Positions 1 to 13,100 of a DNA stretch of 64,000 nt are shown here, one piece after another. Made by a program: the position numbers and the translations under genes. The DNA lies in the NCBI RefSeq assembly GCF_052425735.1, contig NC_135765.1, positions 16,368,001-16,432,000 on the forward strand, read 5' to 3'. Source of the stretch: Oculina patagonica (Eukaryota). The notes below the pieces were generated by a model, which was not told where the DNA came from, made no database searches, and worked only from the letters and a program-made list of their open reading frames with translations. The first letter of the stretch is position 1, and the number at the start of each line of letters is the position of its first letter.

Positions 1-118
1 ACACGTTCCCCAGCACTTAAGTGATCAAACAAAGCAAACAAAAAACATAACCTGACTCAGTTACAAGACAATATAACACTAATTAAAGAGAAAAGTAAAT
101 TAAGATGCTGGAACTTAC

Positions 119-454
119 CAACTACAATTAGCTCAGCCTCATTTATTATCCGCCGAGGTGAAGTAGTGAACGAGACTCTACATTCATATTTCCCACTGTC
201 TTTTTCCTGAATATTTAACAATTTTATTGTAGCATCTCCTGATACTTGTACTCTTCCTTGATATGCTGGCCCAATGACAGGAGCTCCACTTGGAAATTTA
301 GTTGCAATCAACTGTACGACATTAAATGACCATTCTACGTCAGTAACTGTTCTTCCATCCGAGTTGTAAAACCATGATAAGGTCACGTCATTTCCTTGCA
401 ATTGATACACAGGATTTCCATTATTAGGTGAACCAGTAAAACTTGGTGCACAGT
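119..454 (-). CDS. Internal exon encoding an Ig V-set domain of an IgSF gene that continues left of the window
   Basis: Acceptor ttcttgcattgatAG before 454; donor G|GTAAGT after 119; 336 nt, phase 1-1. Translation shows G-x-x-V-T-L-S-W (strand B), V-E-W (C), GRVQV..ATIKL (D/E), DSGKYECRV (F) and ELIVV (G). Confidence 0.85.
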
Positions 455-1257
455 CTATCAATGCAAGAATAAAAGAATGAAAGCTTATAGCTTATCGTAA
501 TATTTTGGAACAGTTTGGATTCATTACAGCACACATCTAAAACTTAGTACATGTACATAAGAATGAAGAATAAGGATTGAATGTGCACAGTACAGTTGAC
601 CTACGATCTCTCCGAAATATACTAAAATTGCAGCCAGGATTCATGATATTGAAAGAAACATTCTCACACTGACAAATGCCTCAATTTCGGTTCACATCAT
701 CCCACACAGCACAAGCAATCTGTGTTCAACACTTTCTTGGACAGAGCAGACAAAATCCCATCTACTAACGTGGCCAAGCGCAGAGAACGTAACTAACGTA
801 ACGTAACTAACGTAAGTAACTAATGAAACAATCTAATTTTTTTGTCTAGATACTTTCGATGGTGTTAGCTATAGTTATATTTCCTCAGCATTGTGGACTT
901 ATATTTTATATTCTTAGCAACACGCCATTTGCTTATGTTAAGTCAAAACGCAAAGACAGAAGTATGAGCCGTGATCATTACCTCCAGCATCACCAATATA
1001 TTATTTAATAAGTACAACAAAAAAATTGAATAATGTTAAATGCACTTTCAATTATATCTACAAAGAAAAAAATGCTATGTTTTGAGGTCTCCCTTTTAAT
1101 TTTTGTTAAATAGACCTAAGGTAATATAAATTGGATTTAGACATTGACAAAAAATAGTTTCAGCTCCGGCCTACTAAAGTCTGAATTAGGAGTTTCGGGG
1201 TGACGGATATCGAATGCTCAGTGAAAGACATTTTAACCATAAACCAAAGTATCCAAT

Positions 1258-1697
1258 TAATAATGGTAATAGGCCTAGGACTGAGTTGAGTCTAATTCGA
1301 TCTGTAATCATACGAGTGATAAACAAAATCGGACGACCGCGAAGCGGGAGTCCGATTTGTTTAATCACGAGTATGATTACAGACAGAATTGGACGACACG
1401 AAGTCCTGTTACCAATTAATCAAAACTATGACAAAATTTGAAAAACAAACTAATTTTTAGTCAAATGGTTTAACGTCTTTTTATAAAAACTGAAAAACAT
1501 AACAGTTTACTCAACAAAATGCACAACAACAGCGCGCGCAAAATGACGCGTACTGTCCAATTACACAGGCATGACGCGTAAACTGTCCTATTACACTGTC
1601 CAATTACAAGCATAACGCGTACACTGTCCTATTAGTGCTCAAATCGGGCTGCTGATAACCAATCACCGATCGAGAATTTTGTTATAGTTTTGATTAA
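1258..1697. mobile_element. Palindromic MITE-like repeat
   Basis: ~160-bp imperfect hairpin at 1258-1420, then inverted ends TTAATCAAAACTATGACAAAATT (1416) and AATTTTGTTATAGTTTTGATTAA (to 1697). Confidence 0.7.
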
Positions 1698-2693
1698 AAG
1701 CTTTTTGTCTTTTTGTTTGTTGTTGTTGATGTCTTTTGTTTTTTACCTTTTTTTTTTTTTTGGAATGTATATATGTTCACGGATTTCGGTTGCCAAAATG
1801 GGTCTCATTTAATAATGTGGCCTGTTGAAGTAATATGATCTGCAATGGTTGATGTGTGACAGCTTTTCGTGAGTGCTTCACATTATCAATTAACTAATTA
1901 GTTTACTTATTAACTTATTAAGCTAACAGCAAAAAAGGCTTTTAGTAATTGGCCTATTTTCAGTTAACTTTTCGTAAGGGTTTCAAATTACAAATGTTTT
2001 CTGTCTGTATTTTCCTTCATGTATGTTAAAATCTGATAGCTGTAACATCAAAAGCTCTGAAGTTAAATGTCCGATATATCAAAATAAGGCCTAACGGAGG
2101 TAAACATTGCGCTGTTTTTCATTCTTCATCGGATCGCTGCCTCATTATCTGTCTCCATTGTCTCAAGCCGCGAACATTTGTAAATTCAAGTAGATCATGG
2201 TGCATGAATCACTAATAAGTTATTGTTGAAGATTATTGTTACAATTCGGCCTTGGCCTTGAAACTGTTAGGAGACTGAATATGATACAAGTGCTTTACTA
2301 ACCTTTTCTTTGTTGTTGTTTTTATTTTGTTTTGTTAAATAGATTGTTTCTCTACAGTTTTCGGAAAACATGCAGCTGTTATACATATTTAAGATGTGCT
2401 GAAATTTACAAGTGCAAGGGGATCGACACAATAGAGACGTACAATGAGCCATCGATCCTATGTAGGGTAAAAAAAAAGAGCAATGTTTACCTGAGTTAAA
2501 ACTGCTTAGAATGTTTCAATTACTTTGAAAATCGGACATTTTATTACATACTTATTTTTCTTTTGGGGTGACAAGTTTAAAAAAATTATATCCATCGCTT
2601 TTTATTTTGCGATCATTTTAGTAACCGAAGGCCCTTTTTCAATAAAAGAGCGAAGTAACACTTCATACCAGTTCATATTCAAGCCGAATTTCT

Positions 2694-3109
2694 CCCGGGG
2701 GGGGTACTCCATATAACGGCCTATACGGGGAGGCTCCGCCCGAAAGGGGTACCTTTTTCAGGCTTCAGGTATATAAAAGGGTAGGTATTTTACGAGTTTA
2801 AGTATATGAAAGGGTATGGAAATCTGTCATTTGGCTTTTTAAAAGGGCATTAAATTAAAATATTTCGAAAAGACGCAATTTATGGCTGTATTATTTTAAT
2901 TTATTAAGCGTTACATAAAAATGACAAGAAAACGTGCTATTTTAAGTCCACGCCATGTCTCTTAGGTATATGAAAGGGGCACCTTTTTTCAGTTAAAGGT
3001 ATACGGAAGGGGTACAATTTCGGTCAAAAATGGTATATAAAAGGGTAAGGGGTTAGAACTTGGGGCGGAGCCTCCCCGTATAAAACTTTTTTGGAGTACC
3101 CCCCCCGGG
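2694..3109. mobile_element. MITE with 8-bp TSD (hAT-like)
   Basis: TIR CCCGGGGGGGGTACTCC...GGAGTACCCCCCCCGGG; TSD GAATTTCT at 2686-2693 and 3110-3117. Confidence 0.85.
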
Positions 3110-3345
3110 GAATTTCTTTGGGATTTTTCGCCCAAGATAATAAGATACAGTGAAAACCCGGGAGTAAGAACCTAGTTTTTCCAGGTTAGTCTAAACAGTT
3201 TTTTTCATAAATGGTCCTTAACACAAATTAAGGCTATTTGGGTTTTTAATAGGTTCTTATTTTCCGAGGAAAAATTTACATTGTTGCTAATAGAACTTTT
3301 AGTAATATTCAGCCTATTATTTGTATAAGATTTGCATACCAAATA

Positions 3346-3607
3346 CCGTATTTTCTCAATGAAACGCCCCCGGCGTTTATTTCAAACTTGGCTTCGTTGA
3401 TCCGGCATTTATTTGAATGGTGCAGTTTATTGGAGCAAAATGTTTATTAAACAAGGCTTTTAAATCATTATTTGTGACATGAACGTAATTTGCCATCATA
3501 CCTAAAGCATATTACACCTCAAATAAATGCCTGGAAGGCTTACTTACAACTCTAGCTCGGAGACCCGGCGTTTATTCGGGGCCCGGCGTTTAATCGAGAA
3601 AATACGG
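3346..3607. mobile_element. Tc1/mariner-pogo-type MITE
   Basis: TA-CCGTATTTTCTC...GAGAAAATACGG-TA; internal GGCGTTTA motifs. Confidence 0.8.
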
Positions 3608-3618
3608 TAAGTAACATT

Positions 3619-3936
3619 TGTTGAGGCCTCAAATGTAATAAATGTCCCTAAATGTAATAAAGGTCCTAAGTGTAATAACTTTTGATCCTAAATGTAATAA
3701 AGGTCCTAAGTGTAATAACTTTTGGCCCTAAATGTAATAAAGTTCCTAAGTGTAATAACTTTTGGTCCTAAATGTAATAAAGGTCTGTAGTGTATTAAAG
3801 GTTCCAGCTTAACATGAAATCATGCTCGGTGCTTTTCTATGTATTATATTCAGTTTGAAACCTGTTTTATGTTTACTTGCTTCATTTTCACATTGTCAAG
3901 CGCCCTTGAACGTATGGAAAGGGCGCTATACAAATG

Positions 3937-3984
<48 letters not shown>

Positions 3985-6790
3985 TTCTTTCCAGTACTGT
4001 AAGATGCTATTTCGATTTTGTCATGAAGCAAGCAACTAAATCACGTGACAACGTTCATCCACGCGATCGGGACACTAGAGTAAAATTTTTTACCTGATTT
4101 TTTAGGAAGTTTTCGATTGTTTGAACCGTCCTGCTTTATGACAACTTTCGTTAACTCGAATTTTAAAAAGACTATTGAAGCAATAAATATGATACTTTTA
4201 CTTTTCGTGCAAACGTACTAGACTTTTATTTTCTTTTAAACCGCTCTGACACTTCCAAGTTCAATTTAATTAAACTACAGTTTTACTGGCGGCACAGGTC
4301 TACAAGAATTCTACAGCATTAACAAGCACACGACGTCAAGCTTAAGAAACCAAATTTTTCTAAACACGTCCCTGTTATGTTAACTTTCTGTAAACTGGAT
4401 TTTGATTTGAGGTTAAAACAGTAAACGTGATAGTCTTCAGCTTCTTTGCAAACAAGTTTAATTTAATTTTTTTGCGGTTTTAAGTTAGTGCCACAGAGTC
4501 TACAGGAATCCCTCCGCAGGAAGAAACATGCAACGTTTGTAGGTGTCTCAGTATATAAAGTAGACTCATCTGCGCATGCATTTAGCACAAAGTGTTTTGT
4601 TCCACAAGGAGAGAATATTGCTTTCTGAAACATATTTATACCTGCCTTGTGCCCTGACGCCTCTCTCTTGTTTGGGGAAATGGGCGCTTTCTTTCTCCTT
4701 CGCGTGGTCCCTCGCGCTTCGCGCTCGTCACCAGTCACTCGTGTTTCGCGCTCGCGAATAATTAATAATTATTGATATTTTAAATAAATAAATAAATTAA
4801 TTAATTGACTATTGAAACTTTACACCTTTAGCCTTAGGGCGTAAGGGGCTAAGTGTTTTAGCGGTGTTGAAGCCTCAAATGTAATAAATGTCCCTAAATG
4901 TAATAAAGGTCCTAAGTGTAATAACTTTTGGTCCTAAATGTAATAAAGGTCCTAAGTGTAATAAATTTTGGTCCTAAATGTAATAAAGATCCTAAGTGTA
5001 ATAAATTTTGGTCCTAAATGTAATAAAGGTCCTAAGTGTAATAACTTTTGGTCCTAAATGTAATAAAGGTCCTAAGTGTAATAAATTTTGGTCCTAAATG
5101 TAATAAAGATCCTAAGTGTAATAAATTTTTGTCCTAAATGTAATGATTCGAAATAAAGGTCCTAAGTGTAACAACTTTCGGCCCTAAATAAAATAAAGGC
5201 CTTCAGTGTTATTAAGGTTCGGCTAAACATGAAATCATGCACGGTGCTTCTCTTTATAAAAGCAAGGAGTTAAAAATGTATCTTAGGGATCCAGATTATG
5301 ATGTACTTTAACAACCAGTTACCGCTTGCCTTAAAGAATGTGCCAAAATCTATTTTATTTTGCATGTCTTATTGGACATGGGCCAACGGCAACAGACGCT
5401 TATACACATGTAGGTAACAACAGAAGTAGTTTACTCAAAATCCTCAATAGTGCAGAATGAACAATTGATGGTTGTTTGGGCTTGTAGCCCGCTAAAACGC
5501 TAAGCCCCTTACGCCCTAAGGCTAAAGGTGTAAACTTTCAATAGCCAATTAATTAATTAATTAATTTATTTATTTATATCAATAATTATTAATTATTCCT
5601 GAGTAAGGGGGGGGGGGGGGGGGGTCCTGATCGTCTGTCCTTGGTAAAACGGGAAGTTTACCTACATTACTTTTCATATAAAGCGCACAAAGGTATATAT
5701 CCAGCCTCCTCATCAGGCGCTTCGCACTCGATTCTCGCTGCAATAACACAAGGCGAGCGCGAAACGCGAGTGACTGGTGACGAGCGCGAAGCGCAAGGGA
5801 CCACGCGAAGGAGAAAGAAAGCGCCCATTTCCCCAAACAAGGGAGAGGCGTCTGGGTACGAGGCAGGTATATATCTGTTTCAGAAAGCAATATGCTCTCC
5901 TTGTGGAACAAAACACTTTGTGCTAAATGCATGTGCAGATGAGTCTACTTTATATGCTGAGACACTTACAAACCTTGCATGTTTCTTCCTGCGGAAGCAT
6001 TCCTGTAGACTCTGTGGCACCAACTTAAAATCGCAAAAAAATCAAATTAAACTTGTTTGCAAAGAAGCTGAAGACTATCACGTTTACTGTCTTAACCTCA
6101 AACCAAAATCCAATCTACAGAAAGTTAACATTACAGGGACGTGTTTAGAAAAATTTGGTTTCTTAAGCCTGACGTCGTGTGCTTGTTAATGCTGTACAAT
6201 TCTTGTAGACCTGTGCCGCCAGTAAAACCGTAGTTAAATTAAATTGAACTTGGAAGCGTCAGAGCGGTTTAAAAGAAAACAAAAGTCTAGTACGTTTGCA
6301 CGAAAAGTAAAAGTATCATATTTGTTGCTTCAATAGTCTTTTTAAAATTCGAGTTAACAAAAGTTATCATAAAGCACGACGGTTCAAACAATCGAAAACT
6401 TCCTAAAAAATCAGGTAAAAAATTGTATTCTAGTGTCAAGTGATCGATCGCGTGGATGAACGTTGTCACGTGATTTAGTTGCTTGCTTCATGACAAAATC
6501 GAAATAGCATCTTACAGTACTGGAAAGAAAATGAAGCAAGTAAACATAAAACAGGTTTCAAACTGAATATAATACATAGAAAAGCACCAAGCATGATTTC
6601 TTAAGATGTAACCTTACACTACAGACCTTTATTACATTTAGGACCAAAAGTTATTACACTTAGGACCTTTATTACATTTAGGACCAAAAGTTATTACACT
6701 TAGGACCTTTATTACATTTAGGACCAAAAGTTATTACACTTAGGACCTTTATTACATTTAGGGACATTTATTACATTTGAGGCTTCAACA
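3619..6790. mobile_element. Foldback-like large inverted repeat with 40-bp subterminal tandem units
   Basis: Left arm 3619-4864 is an inverted copy of right arm 5489-6790. Termini TGTTGA(G/A)GCCTCAAATGTAATAAATGTCCC; a third terminus copy at 4865-~5250. Unit CCTAAATGTAATAAAGGTCCTAAGTGTAATAACTTTTGGT. Confidence 0.85.
3890..3981 (+). mobile_element. 5'-truncated LINE/SINE 3' end with (TTA)n tail
   Basis: Stem-loop AGCGCCCTT...AAGGGCGCT then ATACAAATG and (ATT)n; flanked by ATTTTC direct repeat; absent from the other arm (~6521-6540). Confidence 0.75.
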
Positions 6791-6868
6791 AAGTGTTTTT
6801 GTAAAAATGAAGCACTTTTTATTCGGAACATGACATTGTATATATGTACATTAAAGCGTTGTACAAAC

Positions 6869-7204
6869 TTCCCAATAAAATGTTCGTTTCCCACTGCCCC
6901 GTCTCTTGTGATGGTGGGTCGGTCGGTAGGGCAATAATAACAAAAAAAGAATGAACACTTTAAGGGGTCTGGAGTCATTTAAGAAGCTAGGAGATGCACA
7001 GCCGATAGATTTTGTTTCAGTCGATCTCGCTGAGAATGTTGGAATAAACGTTAATGCCCTTGGCACGAAACATCCTTTGAAAAACTTAGTATCGATGTTA
7101 TTTAATTAAAGACAAGGACATCACATCATACCAATTGTTGTTAATAAAACAAGATCGTGTGCTTGTAAATAATTGAAGTACTTGCCTCTTTGACAAGTGA
7201 ATCT

Positions 7205-7235
<31 letters not shown>

Positions 7236-7277
7236 CATTTCGAAAAAATTGGGTCGGTCGGGCGATGGGAAACGACG
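6869..7277. mobile_element. Degenerate MITE
   Basis: TCCCAATAAAATG..GTTTCCCA versus TGGGAAAC..CATTTTATTGGGA; GGTCGGTCGG motifs; left end eroded. Confidence 0.5.
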
Positions 7278-7655
7278 CATTTTATTGGGATGGCCTAATG
7301 TAAATATTGCCAAAATGAGCTCTTAAAAACATTTGTTCGCGTGCAAAGTAGAACAATACCCGGACCTTTGAATTTATTTTCTGTTAGATCTTTGCTGTGA
7401 AGTGTATTTTGCCTGTGATTTTTGTACCGCTTTTGAGTTTTAGCTTTTACTTGTCCTTGTCCATCACGTGTTGAATGATTGATTTAGTAATGTACAGGAT
7501 ACAAAGCAGAGAGATTTGGAACACTACGGCGTATTTGTTTCATTGAAAGTCGACTAGCCTCGCTATTCGTTGGTCTCTTCGCAACCGCTCGGGTCGAAAT
7601 CACGCAACGCTTCCAGGTTCGTCTCGAACGCCAGGCTGCGAAAAGCCGAACTGTA

Positions 7656-8831
7656 CAGGCCCGCAATTGATCCCGGCCCGCAAATGATCCCGGGACCGCA
7701 AATGATCCCAAATTGGACCGCAAATGATCCCAGTACCGGAAATGATTTGTGTAAATGATACAACAGAATACTTGGAATGGCGTGGACTTTATGAATCGTC
7801 TATGGATATATATTTTTTTAAAAGACCAAGTGCCTCAGGCATAATAAAACGCAACGATTAAAAGCGGTGAAAATAACGCGCGAAATAACAAAATTAACAT
7901 GTGACTATCTAAGTTTTCATTTAGAAAACGCACCTAAAAAATAAACATGAATCTTCGAAGACGCCTCTGCTGTCTAATTAGCCACTTCCTGTACAATGCT
8001 GCCTTGGTAGACACGAGCCTCCTTTTCTTTGGAAGCGCACAAAATTTCTGCGTGCGAATTTTGGAGTTTATGACAGATTTTTAAACCGTTATTTGAAAAC
8101 ACATTTTCCTTCACAATTCGTTCTTGCAAATATAAAATGAAATACAGTAAACGGTTACAGCGTCTCTGGGTAAATTTATTTGTATACCGCACGCACAGAG
8201 CTCTCAACTTTTGCACGTGCAAATTTCTTACTGTCAATTAATCTGTACTGAAAGCTACGCGAAAATGAAGTCAGTTTTTGAGAGAATTTTTAGTTGCCTG
8301 TGTCAGAATTTATTTAAACTCAACTTTCTTCCAGACTTTACGTCTAGACATTTATAATGTCGCTATGAACGCTGCGTGACTGCGTGTGAATGGCTATCAG
8401 CTTAAAGCATTTCGCCGCAAATAAATCATCCCTTGATTGGAGAGAGTTCATATTTCTGTTGTTTGGATTGTTAAACTTTATGTCACGTTTTTGGTTATTA
8501 ATCGGAGCATATTTATCAGCTATATTGATACAGTTGTGGTTTTGAATTTACTTTAGTAAATCGTTCAAATACGGTACATTCTCTCGCGTTAATTGTTTTT
8601 CTAATTGTTGTATTATTAATAAAGAAATGGATTAAATAAATTTAAATCCCCTGTCCAAATTCTTTAGTCCACGCATATCCAGCTTTTACGATTAGGCGAC
8701 TGTTTCCGGTCCGAGGATCATTTGCGGTTCAATTTTGGGATCATTTGCGGTCCCGGGATCATTTGCGGTCCAATTTGGGGATCATTTGCAGTCCCGGGAT
8801 CATTTGCGGGTCGGGATCATTTGCGGGCCTG
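7656..8831. mobile_element. Non-autonomous Tc1/mariner-type DNA transposon
   Basis: TA-CAGGCCCGCAA...TTGCGGGCCTG-TA; arrays of CCGCAAATGATCCC, inverted at the two ends; no transposase ORF. Confidence 0.85.
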
Positions 8832-9386
8832 TAACTAGCTTTTCCCCTGCCATTACGAAGGCTATATAAACTCAGCGACAGCCGACCGCCCATCGAGAGA
8901 AGCGATTTTTTCATATTCACCGGCTGCATGGTAAAAACAAGTACCGTATTTCAAATCTAGCCGGCTCGTATTGCAGATTTTCCGATAAGAAATCCGGCGA
9001 GTAATTATCACTGCCTACTTGTTATGAATACTTGGCTTTCTCTTAGGAAAAGAAAATCATCCGCTAAATATAAATTTAATTTTACCGCAAAGATCACGAG
9101 ACACACATCGATAAAATCAACTGCGGTGTAACTAGTGTGAACTAGTGTCACACCAGCAGAGAAGCCGTGTCACGATCTTTTCATCGCCGTATCAATAAAA
9201 AGCTAGAAATATACTAAAAGGAGTTGTCGTCAATGAAACCAATAGCTTTCTCCCACCCGTAGCAAGTTTTGATTTAGAAAGAAACGATTCCTGGAACACG
9301 GCAGTTTTTGGTAAATCCCAGAAAAATCAAGGATTAAAGGCACTATACGTGCAGTAACTGTGTTGCTTTAATTGTCCTACCTTTAA

Positions 9387-9864
9387 TATTATAGGAAATT
9401 AACGCTTGTGTTAATTAAGGTATTTGAAATTAACGCGACTTAAATTAACGCGAATTGAAGGAAAAGTTACTTCCCAATAAAGGTAATTAACGCGAAAGAG
9501 GGAGAAACATTTCAAAATGATGGAAATTAACGCGCCGTTAACAACAGGGACAAGTTTATTTCAACACTTGTAGGCGTACAATGTACGTGTTCGTGGTACT
9601 TTTCAAACTTCGAGCGTTCTTCGCAGTATCAGGGATAGCGGCAGATTTTCACCTTGACAAAATAATGCTTTTTCCTTGCAGTTACGAACGTCTGGACTGT
9701 AACGATAAATTTGGGCCAAAATCATAGATATTAAGGTCATGGAAATTAACGCTCCAGTTAATTAACACTGCGGAAATTAACGTTAACAAAAATTAACGCG
9801 ACTTAAATTAACGCGAATGTTTGAAATTCGCGTTAATTTAATGACGCGTTAATTTCCTATAATA
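9387..9864. mobile_element. MITE with AAATTAACGCG subterminal motifs
   Basis: TATTATAGGAAATTAACGC...GCGTTAATTTCCTATAATA inverted ends; many AAATTAACGC copies. Confidence 0.7.
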
Positions 9865-10052
9865 AGATAAATCCTGTTTTTATTTCTGCTAGTTGAAATT
9901 GGTGAATCCCTTTCGCTTTCTGAAATTCTCAACTCAACACATCCGTATTAACGTTTTCTCCAGTTCTTTGAGTGAGCAGTTCAGAGGAATGTTTCCGTGT
10001 GTGTTACTAGTTTAGTAGAGGAATTGCCGTCGTGTTTCGTCCAATCTCGTAC

Positions 10053-10188
10053 CTCGAGTCTTCGTTCCATACTGCGCAATCTTGACGACACGAGCGACTG
10101 TCAGCAGCTCCGTTGCAAGATTGATTTTGATTGGCTTTAAAAACAATAAAATGGCCGGAAGTAAACACCAAGAAAATCGTTGAGTCAT
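10053..10188 (-). CDS. Candidate first (signal-peptide) exon of the minus-strand IgSF gene
   Basis: AAAAACC-ATG start; MTQRFSWCLLPAILLFLKP is a hydrophobic leader; phase-1 donor CGAG|GTACGA joins the 454 exon in frame (G+AC=Asp). The link across 9.6 kb is inferred. Confidence 0.4.
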
Positions 10189-13100
10189 GGTTTTTAAAGC
10201 TAAGCATGCGCAATTCAACCGAAAGTCCGATATTTTTGGACTACCAATCAGAACCTTCCAGGCTCGCTCGTTTCCAGATCGCTTTTCAAAGGGAACGAAG
10301 ACCCTGGGTACGAGGATGTGTTTCGCCCATATTGGATAACGCTAGTTTGAGCATGCTCAGTCATAGCTGTTCCGCTTAGTAACTAAATCACTGACAGGAA
10401 AATTGACCGCCACTTGAAAGACACTTGCGTGCAGGCGTTGATTTCGATTCAGAGTTTTGAACATTGTAACTATGCCTTAAGGAATATTATTGAGCCTGAT
10501 ATTTATGTTTCTTTTCATGTTCTGAAGTGCTTCCCATTTTCTGGTTGTGAATCCCAGTCCCAGTGACCCAAATCCCATTTTCCCAGTAAAAACATATGCA
10601 AATCCCAGTAAAAATATGCAAATCCCAGTAAAAATATGCAAATCCCAGTTCTCATTTTACCCCTTCAGGACCCTCATTATATCGCGGGCGACTAACAACA
10701 GGTCACTTCCGTCTTTCATTCAATGCGCCGTCTTTTTAAAATTTTTTTTTTCAAGTGGGTTGAACTTGTTTGCCTTGCTTTGAAGTACGTAACTTTAGAA
10801 CGAATATCGTTCTGTTCTTTAAAGGCAAATAGACGAGAGTTTTTGTTCACGTTAACAGAACTACTCGGCCAAGATTCAGCCGCTTATTTTAGCAACGCAT
10901 AATCGATATTCCAAGTCCTTGGAAGCGTCACGGTAAGTGGCTAAAATATTTTCTGTGGTTCTATTCGGCGTAAATCGGTGATTTGAACGTTGAAATGATC
11001 TTTTCAACGATTTTCTATGGAAGTTCCTTGTCCATACTGCACTGCTCAGTCCTTGATAGTTTGAGCCAGCAGCGATTTAACAAGGCGGCTTCTCTTTTAA
11101 AATTGTGGCGCCCTTTTCATTATAATTTATTTCAATGAGTCATTCCGCGTAAATTACATCCGCATAATTATGCCATTCCGCAAGTCATGCCACATGCCGC
11201 AAACTCATTCCGCCTTTTACCCTCACCGTACTAGTACATTGCCAATGTTTTGCTGACGTCTTGAGAAGTGTCTTACTAACTAAATCTAAAATATATCCAA
11301 AACATGTTGTGCAAACATTCTACTCTTTGTGACAGGCGACTTTGACGGCCAACTGCGCGAAAATGAAAATCGACACACTTCTTTAACAAATAAAGAAGCC
11401 CAAGCCATGTTTTACACTGTCATAAAACACGACGGGCATTTGAGAACACGAGGGAAATGTAAAAAAACATGAGCCGCAGGCGAATGTCTCTATTTACCGT
11501 AACTCGCTCAATGGTCATTGAACGAAAAGTAATAAACGAAGTAATAAACAAATCAAATCAAAAACCATCTCTTCGGGATAGTTATTTTTAAAAGCGCAGT
11601 ACACCTGGAGTATTTGTATCATGTCAGAACTGTTCAAAAAAGATTTTGGTTCATTCACAACGTAAATTGTGGGGGGAATTGTCATTCAACATACAAGAAC
11701 TAATTGAGTTATCAAATTGTCACGGAATGGCACGCTCTTATTCTGTTTTTGCTATCGATCGTAGTTGCTTTTAACAGCAAAGTTAACACCTAAACCGGTT
11801 CATTAAATGTTTGAACGAGATGTTTTAAAGGTATAAGCACAAACGCTTGCTTGGTGAATTTAGCAAGACTTATTAAATTAATTGCGGTTTGCAGTTGATG
11901 CTGCGGAGTCTCCAGTAATATTAAGGAATCTAAAGAAGATTCCTTTCCATTTCTTCGACTCTTTGTAAACATATCCACAGTATTAACATCATAATGAAAA
12001 CATTATAATTCTTCAAACCTACTTTATGCAAATTTTTTATGTAATTTTTACTACGGTCAGGAAAGCTGGCCTTTCCAAAACTAACGCTCGAATATCGATC
12101 GAATAAGACGAATATCAATTTTCTGTTGGGCCTTTTGCCTGTTTTGTTGACGGCGTGTGCATTGTAAGCAAGCGAGCGTTAAAAAAAAACACGTTTTTAA
12201 TCCAGGGTTAATTCAAAACTCACCAAGTCCGCATCCTTCAAATCTAAAATCTTCGAACGAAATATTATAGTCGCTCACTACGACTGTCAGATTGCTTTCC
12301 CTTTATAAACTACAATGTGATTGGTTCTGATAGTACCTGAAACCTGATTGGTGTGACAAACAAACATACTTCACTGACCCACTGACCCACTACACGGCCC
12401 AGCACGCCGACAAAGAGCTATTTTTTTTAAAAAATAAAGAAAAGGAGGTCGACAGTCAGTAAGGTCTGTGTTTTGAATACTAAGGTATAATAGAACCATC
12501 GACCACGGCATTGTAGTACACTCAATCGCAGTTTTGAAAAACCATGGAACCATGTCATTTAAAATCTTTAAAAAACTATCCAGGCAACTTCATCACGCAT
12601 CTTGTGTAGAAAAATTCCTAAAATTCAAAACTACTCAAGCCTTTATAAACGCTGACTTAGTGACTAAGTAAAATAAATTAACGGCTTGTTTCCATTTAAT
12701 TACAAGCACAGGTCAGTACGTACGTCATCAATATTAAAACTATTCTGCTACAAGCATAAAAAGGAAACTTTCAAATGGTCAGCTATTTAACTCAGAAACA
12801 AGAAATTAAACAAGACAAAGAAAAGGGAACGCCAACATCTATGAAGCCTACCTCCAGAAGCGAAAAGGTAAAGAGTGCATAACAGCACAAAATTTCTTCC
12901 GCTTGCTTTCATGGCTGCTGCGTTATCTAAGGTTGTAACAGCTCAGAGGAAGGTTTTGTTCCATATACTCATAGTAATAGAGGGAAATGGTTAAGAAGCC
13001 CGGCAAACATCACAGGAGCAAACAAATGAGGCCAATATTTAGGTTGGAAGGTCCATGACAGTGCACATCTTTTGTTTTGCGCTCATACACTATACACGAG

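Noticed and set aside
3619-5200. Regular short repeats resembling a CRISPR array
   Set aside because: Head-to-tail 40-bp units with no unique spacers, no cas genes, eukaryotic context.
4463-6189. Mirror-image ORF pairs (91/182 aa and 61/117 aa)
   Set aside because: Products of the inverted repeat; frames are not preserved between arms.
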